Below, piece by piece: positions 24,692-38,656 of a stretch of DNA of 64,000 nt (position 1 is its first letter; every line of letters begins with the position of its first letter). The translations under genes were made by a program, and so were the position numbers. The notes below the pieces were generated by a model. It was given only the letters and a program-made list of their open reading frames with translations. It was not told where the DNA came from and ran no database searches. The stretch is taken from positions 27,528,001 to 27,592,000 of the forward strand of contig OZ024756.1 in the NCBI GenBank assembly GCA_964016885.1, written 5' to 3'. Source of the stretch: Eledone cirrhosa (lineage: Eukaryota).

Positions 24692-27600
24692 TAGAGATGT
24701 GTATATATATCACTGTCATCAAATGTTTGCTTTCCTTGGATGGTTCTACTTTAGACCAAGTCAGTACTGAAGCAGGGATAGTGACCTTCCAGACTGGCTG
24801 AGGGGGTTTCTCCCATTTACGTACAATCGTATTGACTGCAGAGGGGGTCCCGGAAGTTTATTTTACCACTAAATAATATTGTTTTAGAACCCTGGTCTTG
24901 ACTTTCTGCTAAAATTCTTAATTTTGAAAATATTTGACTCTGCTTCTGCTAAAATTCTGAAGCCATGGAGATCCGGATATATGTGTGTATGTAACTAAAG
25001 CGCACGTTTCGAAGGGACAAAACACAAGCAGAATTATAAGATGATGCCTAAATGATTTTAACTTGTTTTTTAACAATTGATCTAGGAAAATATTTCAAAT
25101 TGTCTTAACTTTTGCTGCAACTCATTGTGTCTGACACTCTTACCGGCTAAATAGCCTGGGAGTCTATTTTACTGGAACCAGCTACATAGCCTCTTCCTTT
25201 TTTTTAACAATTCCTGGTTTAATAAAATAAGTTCTTACCATGTATTTGTACAAATTCAGTTGATTGTAGCCTTGTGTCAGTGATGAATTAATTAGCCTGC
25301 ACTATGGTCCTTGTTAGTCTCTCAGTCTGGTAGAGTAAATGTAGTGATCCAGGCACTGGCAATCTTTAGCTATTTTCGGGTCTCAAATAATCGCCAACTT
25401 ATTAATTTGTCAGGATCCCTGCTCCCTTTTCCACACACACGGCTGCACTTATTAAATTTTTCTAACCTATCTCCAGCAAAATTTATTCTAAGTGGTAACA
25501 TTCCTGTGATATATAATTTTCTTTAGACATTAAAAAACATGCATGGCAAAAAAAAGTACATTACAAGAAATCCCATACATTATAAAATAAGATGAGTTGG
25601 GGGTCTCAAAATGTAAACTAAACAACTAATTCTGGCTTTTAAAAAAAAAAAAAAAATCGAGGGAGACAACCTCGAAAAATTACTGATTTTCCAACCCCAC
25701 TGCTTATTTCGTTCACCCACTCACACATTATTTGGAACCCGAGAGTAGAAGCAGGCCTTGTGAGATATTACTCATCATCATCATCGTTTAATGTCCACTT
25801 TCCCAGATACCAAGATTATTTGAGACCAGAGTAGCTGAAGGGATTTGATGAAACTTTTCAAATTAAGTTGACTTAACCCTTTAGCATTCAAAGCGACAAA
25901 AACCGACAAGATTATGTCCCCTTTCATTTATTCAAACCGACATTTAATACCACACGGAGATTTCCTTCTAAAAATAAACATTGACATCATCGAAATCTCG
26001 TCAATTCGAGATTACTGCGAGATAAAGCCTTTACGCGCGAAAATTAACTCTTAGTATAGTTAAAGAACTTGCGATAACGTGTTTTTAACGTTGAAAGTGT
26101 AACATGGCTTCCGAAAGTAGCGACAACGAATTTGAAGGTTTTACGTCCGACGACAATCGAGATCAAAAAGAAACAGAAGATAATATCAGTGATTTATCTT
26201 CAAACGAATCAGATATATTTATTTCTGATATATCTGATAATGATGATAGTTACTTTGAAAGTGAAAGAGAAGATTTGACTGACACCATTGAAAAAACAGC
26301 AACGTGGTTGAAAGAAACATCGATACATGTTTCGGATTTTACTGAAAATATTGGACCACAACACACATTACCACCCGATGCTAAAGCACTGGATTATTAT
26401 TTTTTATTTTTACCACAATTTTTCTTCGAAGTTGTGGCAAATCGCTATGCACAACAACAAATTTCTAATATCGGAAAACCCGATCTGTTATGGCGTCCGA
26501 CAGATTCTGCCGAAATGAAAGCGTTTTTTACCATAAATATTATGTTTGGTATTAAACAATTTCCACGACTGGAATTATTGGAGTACTGATATAAGGTTTG
26601 GTGACCCTTATATATCTAGTATTATGGCAAAAACGAGATTCATTAAATTAAACCAGTATTTGCATCTGGTTGATACTTCAAATACCCCTGGTAGAAATGA
26701 ATCAAATTACGACCCACTGTACAAAGTACGACCATTAATTGAAATATTGTCAGAAAAATTTAAAAGTGTGTATAAACTTATATATTGGGAACTTTCTGTT
26801 GGGAACACCGTACATTTACAGAGTACATTGCCAATATTATTTTGACCGGTGAAAAGGTTTTATACATTTTTTTTCAATGAAAATATTTGCCTGGAATGTA
26901 GAGAAAAACTAAAACAGTGTACTGATTACACCTGCATTTTTAATTAATTCACCTGTTCGGAAAACTGCTAGAATTGATGGAAATCAGCATCTAGGTCATT
27001 ATTGGATTTTTTTGCAACAAATCTAACAGATAAGGCAGATAAAGTTTAAATTTTTGTGTTTATCCATAAAGTTATTACTTTTACACCTGTTAATTAATTT
27101 CACCTGCCCATAAAAGTCAAATTTAACAAAAAAAAATCAGGTAAAAATATATAATTGTAAATTATAGTTATTTAAACATCTACTGACAAAATTTCAAGCC
27201 TGCACATAGAAAATTAAAGTAATTACAAACAAATAAAATTGATAACCCTCTTGAGTATAATTAAGTGAAAATAATGCGAATAGATGAACATGACATTTGA
27301 CAATTCAATGTGAATGCTAAAGGGTTAAGAAGAATGTAAAAGAAACAAGCAGATCTATTATCACAACCATGGACTGCTGGCCATGTCGGTAGAGCGTCGG
27401 AGAACATGTATTGTGGCATATAGTTATGGCCCTTTACGTTCTGAGTTTAAATCGTGCCGAAATTAGCTTTGCCTTTCATCCTTATGGGGGTTGATAAAAT
27501 AAATACCATTAACGCTCTGGGGTCGATTTAATCGATTGTCCCCTTCCTTTCAAATTATTGACCCTGTGCCAAAAGTAGGAACAATTATTTAAAATTATTT

Positions 27601-30600
27601 TATAAGGTGGGGATTCTGTCGTTTCTGTCTGGTCAATCCCAGAACTGATTTACAAAATTATAAAATCTGTTTCACTGAATTATTTTGCAGTCTTTTCCTC
27701 ACTCCAAGTTATATAACTCTAGATATATTGGATAGTTTAAGTTTTGAATTAGAAATAGTCTAAGACTGTTATCTCCCTTCCCGTGTGCATGTGAACTAAC
27801 GCCTTGCATATATATATATATGAAAAACAAGGAGAAGAATACTGCATGGTTGCACATGGATTACATATTATAAAATTAGTCCCTCATCAGTGATTTGCCA
27901 ACCATCATTGGTATTTCATCGCATTAAAATATATATATATATATATATGGTAAATTATATTAGTTGAATGAAACGTGTAAATCAATTTAAACATTAAACC
28001 TTGATTATTGTGCTCATAGTTTTTGGCAGTAGTATACTGCCAAAAACTATGATCATTATATATGAGTTCAAATCCCGCCGAGGTTATCTTTGCCTTTCAT
28101 CGATAAAATAAAATACCAGTAATGCACTGGCTAATTCCTGGCCTTGCGCCAAAAGTAGAAACAATTATATATATGTATATAATATAACCCCCCCCCCCTC
28201 CTCCCTCCCAACTATCCAACCATTAGCCAACCAAATATTTTGATTTATTTGTTTGAGAAGCAGGGCCCATTGATCTTTGCTTGAAGTTTTTTTAAGCTGA
28301 TAGGGATTAGTGGTGTGGCTTAGTTCTAGAACAAGCATGGGCAACCTTTTTCGAGCAGTGGCCCGCTTAGGATGTGGTTCATCATAAGGTGGGTTGCACT
28401 AAAAAATTCAAAGCTAATTTTAAAATTAGGCAGGCCATTCAGACAGCTAAATGGGTCATAGTTTGCCCATGACTGTTCTAGAAGGATTAAAGGAGGGACC
28501 TAGTTCTAGAAGGATGATTAATGCAAGTGTTACTAGTTGAGTTGGATGTAAAGATGGTGATATATGTGTGTGTGGTTATTTATGTATGTATGTATATAAT
28601 AATCATTTTTATGTCTGTTTCTCCATGCTTGCATGGGTTGGATGGGTCCTTTTCAGTACAGCATTTCTACACTTATTGCGTTCTTTTGTCATCTTCTCTC
28701 TGAGTCTGTGATTTTTTAGATCAGCTCTCACTACTTCCACCCAATTCTTCCATTGGGATTACTTGGCACTTCTTCACCTGGTGATCATCATCGATGCCCA
28801 TATCGACTCTTCTTTTTTACTCACCACTTCTAATTCCTCTTAAATTCAGATCCTCCCTGGTTTTTTGGGGACATTACTTAAAAGTTCTTATATAAAGTTA
28901 TGTTGGAAGGTTTTTAGATAAATATGAACGGTTTCATATAGAACTAGGGATGGTTTCAGATGGTTTGGTAGAAAGAAAAAAATGTTAATTCCTCCAGTTG
29001 TTAATCATTTCAATTAATTGCAGACATCCACACATTCTACGCCTCTATGGCTATTTCCACGACAAATCTCGGGTGTACTTGATTTTGGAGTATGCTCCAG
29101 AAGGTGAACTATATAAACATCTACAGAAAAATGAACGGTTCAGTGAAGAAAAAGCAGCCACGGTATGTAGTTGCTTGTAGTTTTTCTTATTTTTATTTCC
29201 ACTCCACTCTAATATATTGTTGAATTTGCACTACGAAGAATTCAATCCTGCTTCCAATTCTGATGTGTCCTCCTTGCTTTACATTCTTCTGCAGCTGATA
29301 ATTATAAAAACATTTGGCAGGAACAAATATAGCAAGACATTTTGTTTACTGCTGTAATAATTTAGCTAACTCATTGCCCTTATCCCTTTAGCATTTACAA
29401 TATATTTACTATTGTACTTTAGCGGTGACGGCTTCATCTTGCCTAATATATCGAATCTACGAGATTTTGATGTTGTTTATTTTGAAAACAATACCTTAAC
29501 ATCAGTATGAGTGACTGGTTTGAACAGAAAGAGGTGAGAGAATTCTGACTGTATACGGCCGGTTTAAATTCTAAAGGGTTAATACATGAAGTGTATTTAT
29601 CTTGTTCAATACAAATTGTAAGCTGGGGGTTGGGATTTACAGCTCGTACCTATACAGGTTCCTTTAAGGTTGCATAAGGTCTCCTTTTGGGTGTTTTAAA
29701 GATAGGGGCCTCGGTACTATCATAAAACATGAAACGAAGCATCTTTCTCAAGATACCACCTGGTCCAGGAATTGAACCCAAGAGATTATGATTGCGAGTT
29801 GAACAATTGAACCACTAAGCTATATGTATTAAAAGCTGGAGATTGCATTTATTCCCTTTAGACTCCATCATCATCGCCATTTGACATTGTACTTTCCATG
29901 CTTGCATCGGATAGACAGGTTGTCCACATTCAGGCAGGTCTGGTTAATTGGCTGCTCTGTACCTTGCTCAAACAGAACTGTCTTTTGGGGGGTTACAGCT
30001 GGATGCCCTACCTAACACCAACCACGTTTACAGGGTGAAACTGGGTGATCAGAAGAAATTGTTGGTATGCTGTTGCATCTGCAGTTACAACCGAAACCTG
30101 TGTCGGTTTCACTTCTTGAAATATTTTCCTTAAAAATTTGTAAAGTTATGTAAGTGTCATGACAAAAAGCACCCAGCCCACACTATAAAGTGGTCGTGTA
30201 GGAGTCGCAACAAAAAACACCATGTCTACACCTACACAAAAAACACCATGTGACATCTACACAACCACTTTTATAGTGTACTAGCAGTTTAGCCCGGCGT
30301 TGCTCGGGTTTGTTCATTTGCTATGAAAAGTTACATACAGGTAAACGTGGTTTGAAAGCGAATAAGCTTATCAATTAAGTGCATAAAGCAGTTGAACCGG
30401 TTATTAAAAGTTACGAACCAATTAGCATTTTGGTCAATCAATGAGGGGTTAATAATCTTCCAATAGCGAATTTAGTAGACAGGGAATTGTGATCGCTGGA
30501 AATCGAACGGGATATCTGAAGCCGAGGGGAAAAGGTTCATCCTTGGAATGAAAACATTCTCCCCTCTTCCGCACCCCGTTACAATGGTGGCCTCAATCAA

Positions 30601-33600
30601 GTGGGTGTCAGTGACTTGATGACCATGCGAGTACCGTTGCACTGCTTTGGTGGACGCAAGTTCCTTATTAGCATAATGAGACAGCCAACCCTAAGCTTAA
30701 TAATGTGAGGTGGGAGCCCTGGGGGCTCAAGGAGATTTAATAACTCAACCGGATAATTAACGATGTCGTCGGGGTCTGATTTGAAGATGTGCTCTTTACC
30801 GGGAATCTTCTCAATCAGCTGCTCGTTAATAAAATTAACCATGGTATTTTTCGGAGCAAGGATGGCTCTTTTGCTGAGCCAATCGAGGTTTTTAAAGTTA
30901 GATGAGACATAAGGAAAAACTGCTTCCCAAAGGTCAAGGGCTGCTCACAATGTTGCACAGGGTGTCCATTGCTATGCCGCCCTTGTCATCCGCAGGGATC
31001 TTGCCCTCACCAAGTGCTAAAATATTCTGTGCTGCGGACATGTCACCATGCAAATGAGCACGCATATTTGTGCTCAGGTACAAACTATTCACCTGGAGCC
31101 ACAACATGGACAACTTAAGACAGGCACGCACTTCATCAGCTCTTGTCCATTTGGGGATGACAGGCAGCGTTTTCCGAAAATCCCCTGATAGCAGAAGGGT
31201 TATGCCACCCATAGGAGCCGTAGAATCCCTAATGTCTTTCCGGGCCTTGTTCAATGCCTCAAGGGCACCCTTGTGTGCCATTGTGCACTCATCCCAAACA
31301 ATGAGGCAACATCTTTTGAGAACCAGAGCTTTGTGTGAACTCTTGCTGATATTGCATGTTAGTGTCTCAGTTTTTACTAAATCCAAAGGGAGTTTAAAGG
31401 TTGAATGTGCTGTCCTGCCTCCCGGCAGCAAAGTAGCAGCGATCCCGGACGATGCAACGGACAACACAACTTTTTTCTCCTGACGAATCTTAGCGAGAAT
31501 CAAATTCGTTACAAAATTTTTTCCAGTACCCCCAGGATCGTTATTTATCAGGGTTTTTTTTTTTTTGACCTTGAGGTATAACCAGTCAGTAGTTCCTTCA
31601 AAGGCTCTGGCGGTTCTGTAAGAGGGGGCAAGGTGACCTTACCGTTTAAACAGCACATTGCAGGTGGCTCCCCAGCCCACTTTGTAGCATTGCAGAATTG
31701 GCAATTGAAGCGCATCTCGCCTATATTTATGTCAGAGCGCATCGAGTAATTAACGTTTTGCTCATACTTGAAAGCCCGTAGGTGCCAGTAAGAGCTGTTG
31801 GGGCTCATCACACCGCGTGCAGCTTCTCGCCGTCGACTGTTACGCTTGAACGTAGAACATTGGTCGTGTGGTTGGTGGGAAGGTCTGGCAGCAATAGCAG
31901 AAGCAACATTTGCAATGTTAATGGACCGCCCGTCTGCATCTTCAGAAGCCATGGAAGTAGTCATAGCCGCAGCGTTCGTAGGAAGGCGAGCCGTCCGTTG
32001 TTTTAAACGTTCCAAAGACCTGGAAGCAGCATTAGTCGCATCGTTTCTAGCCAGGCGCTTCGACCTTTGTTCACGGCTCTCTGAAGCCCTGGAAGAAGCC
32101 ATTTTGGCTAGGCGTGCGGTGCGCTGTTGGAAACTTTCAGCGGCTCGACATTCTGCTGAACATAAGGCTGTCTGTGAAAGTCTTGAAGCATTTTCCTCAG
32201 AGGATTCGTTAGCTATAGTAGCCTTTTGCGCCACTGCTGACGCGGTATGTCGACTGAGGCGACTTCTCTTTTTAGGTGGCATTTTATGTCCAAAAGAAAG
32301 GGTGAAAGTTACTTCGACAGAAAAATTGACTTTGAAAGTCTACTGTCTGTTTATGAATATTGTTATTGTTGTTGTGATACAAATGTTAGTAAGTAAATGG
32401 GTATCGAAAAATAAAGGGTGAAAGTTACTTCAACATAAAAATTGACTTTGAAAGTATAAGGCTGATAATTGAATGTAAAAAGATTGATAAGAAAGGCTCC
32501 CCCAAAAAAATTTACAGGTTTTTGTATGTATGTGTGTATTTTTGTGTCGAAAATAAAGGGTTAAAGTTACTTATACAGAAAAATATAGTTTGAAAGTGTA
32601 AGGCCGATTGAAAAACTTAGTTTAGTAAATGAAAGTCAGCTTCGAAATGGAGTTTGAACGCGCTAATACAAACACACACATATATCCGTCTTTTAGTGTG
32701 TCTGTTTGTTTCTCTCTCCCTCTTTATCATAATATGCTATTGTTATTTCTAAAACAAACTGTATGCGTTGATTGATTGCAATTCCCGCGTTCCTGTTTCT
32801 ATGACGTCAATCGTAACCATACCAACATGTGTGTGTATGCACCAACATATGTGTGTATATGTTTTTTTTCAATGTTTCTCTTTTTCACAAACACTTATAA
32901 GAGAAGGTAGCAATTTTAAGGGGAGGTGATGAAGGGAGTAGATATAGGAAACGTATATCATATGAGAGAGGAGAAATCATCAATTGTTGAAATAAATCGA
33001 TTTTTCTGTAATTGGGGCATTTTTTACCCAATAAGTTCGCCCATGACCCAAGTTAGAATATTTGTAAACATTCTGCTTAATTATTCATTCAATATTTTTG
33101 GAATTGTGTAAATGTATAAAATTGAAACATACATACAGACACAAAAATCTGCCTTTTATAGATAATGATACTGGGTGCTTTTTCTTGTGGAATCTACATG
33201 GCCACTTTACAGTGTGTACTGGGTGCTTTTTCTTGTGGCACCTACATGACCACTTTACAGTGTGTACTTGGTGCTATAACTTGTCTATTGTACAGCAATG
33301 AATCACAACCAATCTAGTATGAAGACAAAGCTAGCATAGGTAGGAACCCCTCTTTGAAGTTGTAATTCTTTCTGCTCAGACAATATCAATTCCGGTAACT
33401 AAATATATATCACTCCAATCTAATAAGAGAAGCAAATTGAGAAAACTTGTAGGTAGTTTTTCAACATGCAAGAAACATTTTACAGAGAATGATACAACCA
33501 AGATATTAATCTTTTATTACGAGTAGATTAAGTTCACTTCTTGTCAGAAATATTTTGCCACAAAAACACTTTAGATAATGGCTTCATATTTGTTAAGAAG

Positions 33601-35027
33601 CAGGTTTTTGTTATCAATGAAACAATTTCATACTCCAATGTGTAAATAGTTCAAGCCTTTTGTAAACACGATAAAGAAATAATTTGATAGTTGCTGGGAA
33701 ATTGCGTGGTTATACAGGCAGACACACACATGTGCAGTTATTAAGATACTTGTTCATACTCTAAATATGAAACCTTATTAGGCTCATAGTTTTTTATTTT
33801 ATTTTAACAGAATTAATCCTGTCAGCACTCGTGTTATTTTTGCTTTACATGTGTAGTAATTGTTCTAAACATGTTGGACAGGTCATTTCAGGCATGTTTG
33901 TTTTACTCTTTTGTAGCTGCTTTTTTTTGTTTGTTTATCTCATACAAACAGAAAATTAGCTAACTTTGTTATCCATTGAGAAGATTTAAACCTTATACTG
34001 CAGAAAGAGAAGGAATTCTTGTTAAACTCCTATACTGCAGGGAGAGGGCGCTCTTGTTAAACTCCTATACTGCAGGGAGAGGGCGCTCTTGTTAAATCCC
34101 TATACTGCAGGGAGAGGAGAGGGCGCTCTTGTTAAACCCTATACTATAGGGAGAGAAGGTGCCCTTGTTAAACCCTATACTGCAGGGTGAGAAGTAACTC
34201 TTGTTTAACCCTATATTGTAGGGTGAGAAGGCACTCTTGTTAAACCCTATACTGTAGGGAGAGAAGTGATAAGGCACTCTTGTTAAACCCCTATACTGCA
34301 GGGAGAGAAGTGAAGGCTTTAGTTCACATATTGAATCTATGAGATTTTGAGAACAATACCTTAATATCAGTATGAGCAGCCGGTTTAAACAAAAAGACGA
34401 GAGGATTTTGGCCAGTTTAAAGGCTAAAGTGTTAAACCCTACATTGCCGGAGAAGAAGTGAGAAGGCACAATTGTCCCCTTTTCAAGGTTTCAGAGACTA
34501 GTGGGAGGGAGTGAGGTGTCCTCAACCTGAGAGACTTGGCCAGAGTAGCCTGCTAAAGACATCGAAGGAGGACCAGGTAGGTGGTGACGTTAAATAAAGT
34601 ATATAGATTGATTACGTCTCACACACAGGATGGCCTTGGTGGGATTTGAATTCAAAATAAGAGCCAGAAAGAATATTGCAAGGCGTCTGGGAGGATAATG
34701 AGTAACATTGATATCTGCTGGACATAGCACCATCACCACTTAACATCTATTTTTCCATGCTTGGATGGGTTAGACAGGTTCTCATGTCATGAGGCAAGTC
34801 GAGTCGGGTTACTTTATCTTGCTCATATGGATTTGTATTCTGATCTGATCTGGTTTCTGCGGCTGGATGCGCTTCCTAATGCCAATCACATTATAGTATG
34901 GGCAGGGTGTTTTTTTTTTTATTTTTTATTTATTTTTTTTTTTTATTGTGGCACCAAAACAACCACCTTACAAGGTGAACTAGGTGCTTTTTCGGCATGT
35001 CACCTCAATTGTATAGTTTTAAAAGAA

Positions 35028-35066
<39 letters not shown>

Positions 35067-36908
35067 CGAATTGGCAGGGTCGTTAAGGCGTCGGATAGAA
35101 TGCTTTACAGTATCCCACCTCATTGTGCGCTCTGAAGTCAAATCCTGCCTTTCATCCTTTCCAGGTCGATAAAAAAAAAGTACCAGTCAAGTACTGGGGT
35201 CGATTCTTCCTCTAGAAAAAAATCAGCTGTGTTCAAACCTGGAAAGGTTTGTGCCTCACCAGGTTTAAAAGTGCTCTAGACATGCCATATGACCATGCCT
35301 CTATGACTCCACAAGGAGTTAGGGGGGGTGGTATCATCATCTGTCCATCTTCCACGCTTGCATGGGTTTGGACGGGAGTTTTCCCACTTGAGGCAAGATT
35401 GGTTGTCCTGCTCGTATAGGACTGTCTGGCGGGTTTTCTACGGCTGGATGCCGTTCCTAACACCAACCACGTTTACAGTGTGGACTGGGAGGTTTTTACC
35501 GTGTTACCTACATGGTCACATTACAGCGTGGACTGTGTTTTTTTGTCGTGACACCTACACGACCTCATTTGTTTCGGACTGGATGTTGTGGGACCAACAT
35601 AACTTCACATTTAAGGGGGTGGGGGTAGTGGGACGGGGGTGTATTTTGTTAGAGGTGCCTACTGACTGTAGGTTTCGCTTTGTACTTAGGCAAGGCGGGT
35701 CTTCTGTATAACTGTGTAGCGCCAAAGCTCTCGGTCCAGTGACATTGTCTTGGAGAGGTGTGTGTGTGAGGTCGGAATTTATCAAGTCGTCCCAGGTTTT
35801 TCTGGGTCTGCCTACTCCGTGGCTACCATCTATTTTTATCGCCCTGCACTTTTTTATACAGCTTTTGTCTTTCATGCGCATCACGTGACCGTACCAACGT
35901 AGTCTTCTCTCGAGTAAACATCTGATCCCTCTTATTCCTAATTTCTCACTTAGTTCGTTTATGCTTTGCCGTTCACGTATATTACTATTACACATCCAGC
36001 GGAGCATGCAAGCTTCGTTTCTCTCCAGTCTGCGTATATCCTCTGCACACAATGCCCAGGTCTCACTGCTATGTAACATTGCTGTTCGTATGCAGGCATC
36101 ATACAGCCTGCCTTTCATTTTTAGAGAGAACACTTTAGCGGCCAATAGTGGTATAAGCTCTCTGAACTTTTTCCATCCCGTTCTGACTCTAGCTACTGTA
36201 CGTTCAGAGCACCCTCCCCCACTGCTGATTTTGTCACCCAGGTAACGGAAGGTGTCCACTATTTCTATAGAACCATCTGTGCAATGGAATGAGCTAGTAT
36301 TCTGTGGACACTCGCTGCTACTTATTGCACCAGAGCACCAGCCACATATAAAATCTATATTCTTAGTTAGCTTATCTGTGATCTTTTATGCACCCATACT
36401 TTGCATTTGGGACATAAAATGGAGTTTCTGCCTACTCCTTTCCTACACACTGAGCATGGCCATTTCCCAGATGGGACCGGTCCCCTATTTTCCTTCCTAC
36501 AAACTAGAACTTTAGTCTTAGACAAGTTAACTTTAAGGCCTTTTGATTCTAGGCCATGCTTCCATGTTTGGAATTTCTTCTCTAGTTCAGCCATTGATTC
36601 AGCTATGAGCGTTAGATCATCTGCATATAGGAGTTCCCATGGGCACCTGGTCTTGAACTCCTCTGTTATAGTCTGAAGGGCAATAATAAATAGTAGGGGG
36701 CTAAGGACGGAGCCCTGATGAACACCAACTTTTACGCTAAACTCTTCACTATATTCATTGTTAATTCTAACCTTGCTGACTGTTTCTTTATACATGGCTT
36801 GTATAGCTCTCACAAGCCATTCATCAACACCTAGTTTTCTAAGGGCCCACCAGATAATCGAGCGGGGTACTCTGTCAAAGGCTTTCTCCAAGTCAACAAA
36901 AGCTAAGC

Positions 36909-36946
<38 letters not shown>

Positions 36947-38148
36947 CTTCGCCCACTTATTCCTGAGAGGGTCCTGGGGGCAGTCTTCGAACACTCCTTC
37001 CAGCGGCTCCTATCAGAAGCAACTGCCTCCAAGTGATCTGGCTGGATCCCCAAATGAGACCAACCAAGCTCATGGGTGTTATCCAACCATCTTGCTCGGC
37101 ATCTACCCCTAGGTTTCTTGCCGGTTGGTTTTGCTTGTAAAATCTGTCCAGCGATTCTTTTGTGGGACATTCTAACCACATGCCCATAGTATTGGAGCAG
37201 GGATGCAGTTGGATCCCCAAGTGAGACCATCAACTTTTTAGCATTGTTTCATAAATACCTGTTCCTTTAACTTCTTTTGTATTGTTGTTTTCATTAATGG
37301 ACATCATTTTAAGCTTTGCATACAAACTAATGTATCATTTGAAATGGATCTAGTTACTGTAGTTGTTTGTGATATTTACACTTGAGGTATGATTTCATAG
37401 TATTGTATCAATGTTTGGTTAACAAACAACAAAGTAATTAGGATATCTCATTTTTCACAGTAGCTTAATGTAAATCAATGTTTTTCACAATATCCTAATG
37501 TAAATTAATATTTGTTTTTCACAATGACCTAAGGTAAATCAACATCTATGTGGTGGCCAACAGTAAAAGTACGGCCCTGCCATTGATAGGTTGCTGTGTT
37601 ACCATATGATCCCAGAAGCCTATCTTGTGTGGGGGGTGTATATATATATATATATGCTCAAACCTGGTTTAATGTGTGTGTGTGTGTGTGTGTATATGCA
37701 CAAACCTGGCTTAATGTGTATATGTAGCAAGATCTGTCCACGCCTTGAACCTTGGATGACACCTAAAAGTCAAATTCTCGGTGTGGACAGGTTGATGCGC
37801 GGGCTATCCCCTCGAGGTGGGAGACAGATAGCGACAGGTATATAAAGCCTGTATATTCCCACGTTATACAGAGAGATCGGACCATTACGCTAGCAACAAG
37901 CTATGTAAAGATCACTGCTATCTACATGCCACAGTGGTCTACAGTCAACCACAGGCCATTACTCTCTCTCTTGGTTGCAGACTACACCAGCCTCATGAAC
38001 CGACAACAAAATAACATTGTCAACCTTCGCAACTCATGGTAACTTGTTTATTGTTCTTTTTGACTGAAGTGAAGTAAATCTTTATATATAAAGTAAATCG
38101 CTATTCTTGTTATTCATTTAACAGTTTCTTACTAATAGCCTTTGTTAT

Positions 38149-38195
<47 letters not shown>

Positions 38196-38617
38196 AACAT
38201 GGCTTAATCCTTTGGCATTTACATTACTCTATATTTACTATTGTATTTTCACGGTGAAGGCTTTATCTCACATAATATCGAATCTATAAGATTTGGAGAA
38301 CAATACTTTAACATCAGTATGAGTGGCCAGTTATGATCAGCTTAAACAAAGAGATGAGAGAATTCTGCCGGATATAGCCGGTTTAAATGCTAAAGGGTTA
38401 ATGTTTATTTGTGTGTGTATAAGCACAAGCCTGGCTTAATATTTGTGTGTGTGTATAAGCACATACCTGGCTTAATATTTGTGTGTGTGTGTATATGCAC
38501 AAGCCTGGTTTAATGTTTATTTGTGTATATGCACAAGCCTGGTTTAATGTTTATTTGTGTATATGCACAAGCCTGGCTTAATGTTTATTTGTGTATATGC
38601 ACAAGCCTGGCTTAATG

Positions 38618-38656
<39 letters not shown>

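Larger units (their letters stand above)
30281..33168 (-). mobile_element. Helitron, internally deleted
   Basis: Minus strand 5' TC at 33168; 3' hairpin CCCGAGCAACGCCGGG plus CTAG at 30281; between A and T with no TSD; flanks rejoin into the local repeat unit; RepHel remnants inside. Confidence 0.9.

Noticed and set aside
31798-32421. 207-aa + strand ORF (also 31070-31483 and 35961-36676)
   Set aside because: Antisense shadows of Helitron and RTE coding sequence.
36367-37233. 288-aa ORF as a single RT protein
   Set aside because: Two different RTE fragments joined in frame by a (TA)n tract.
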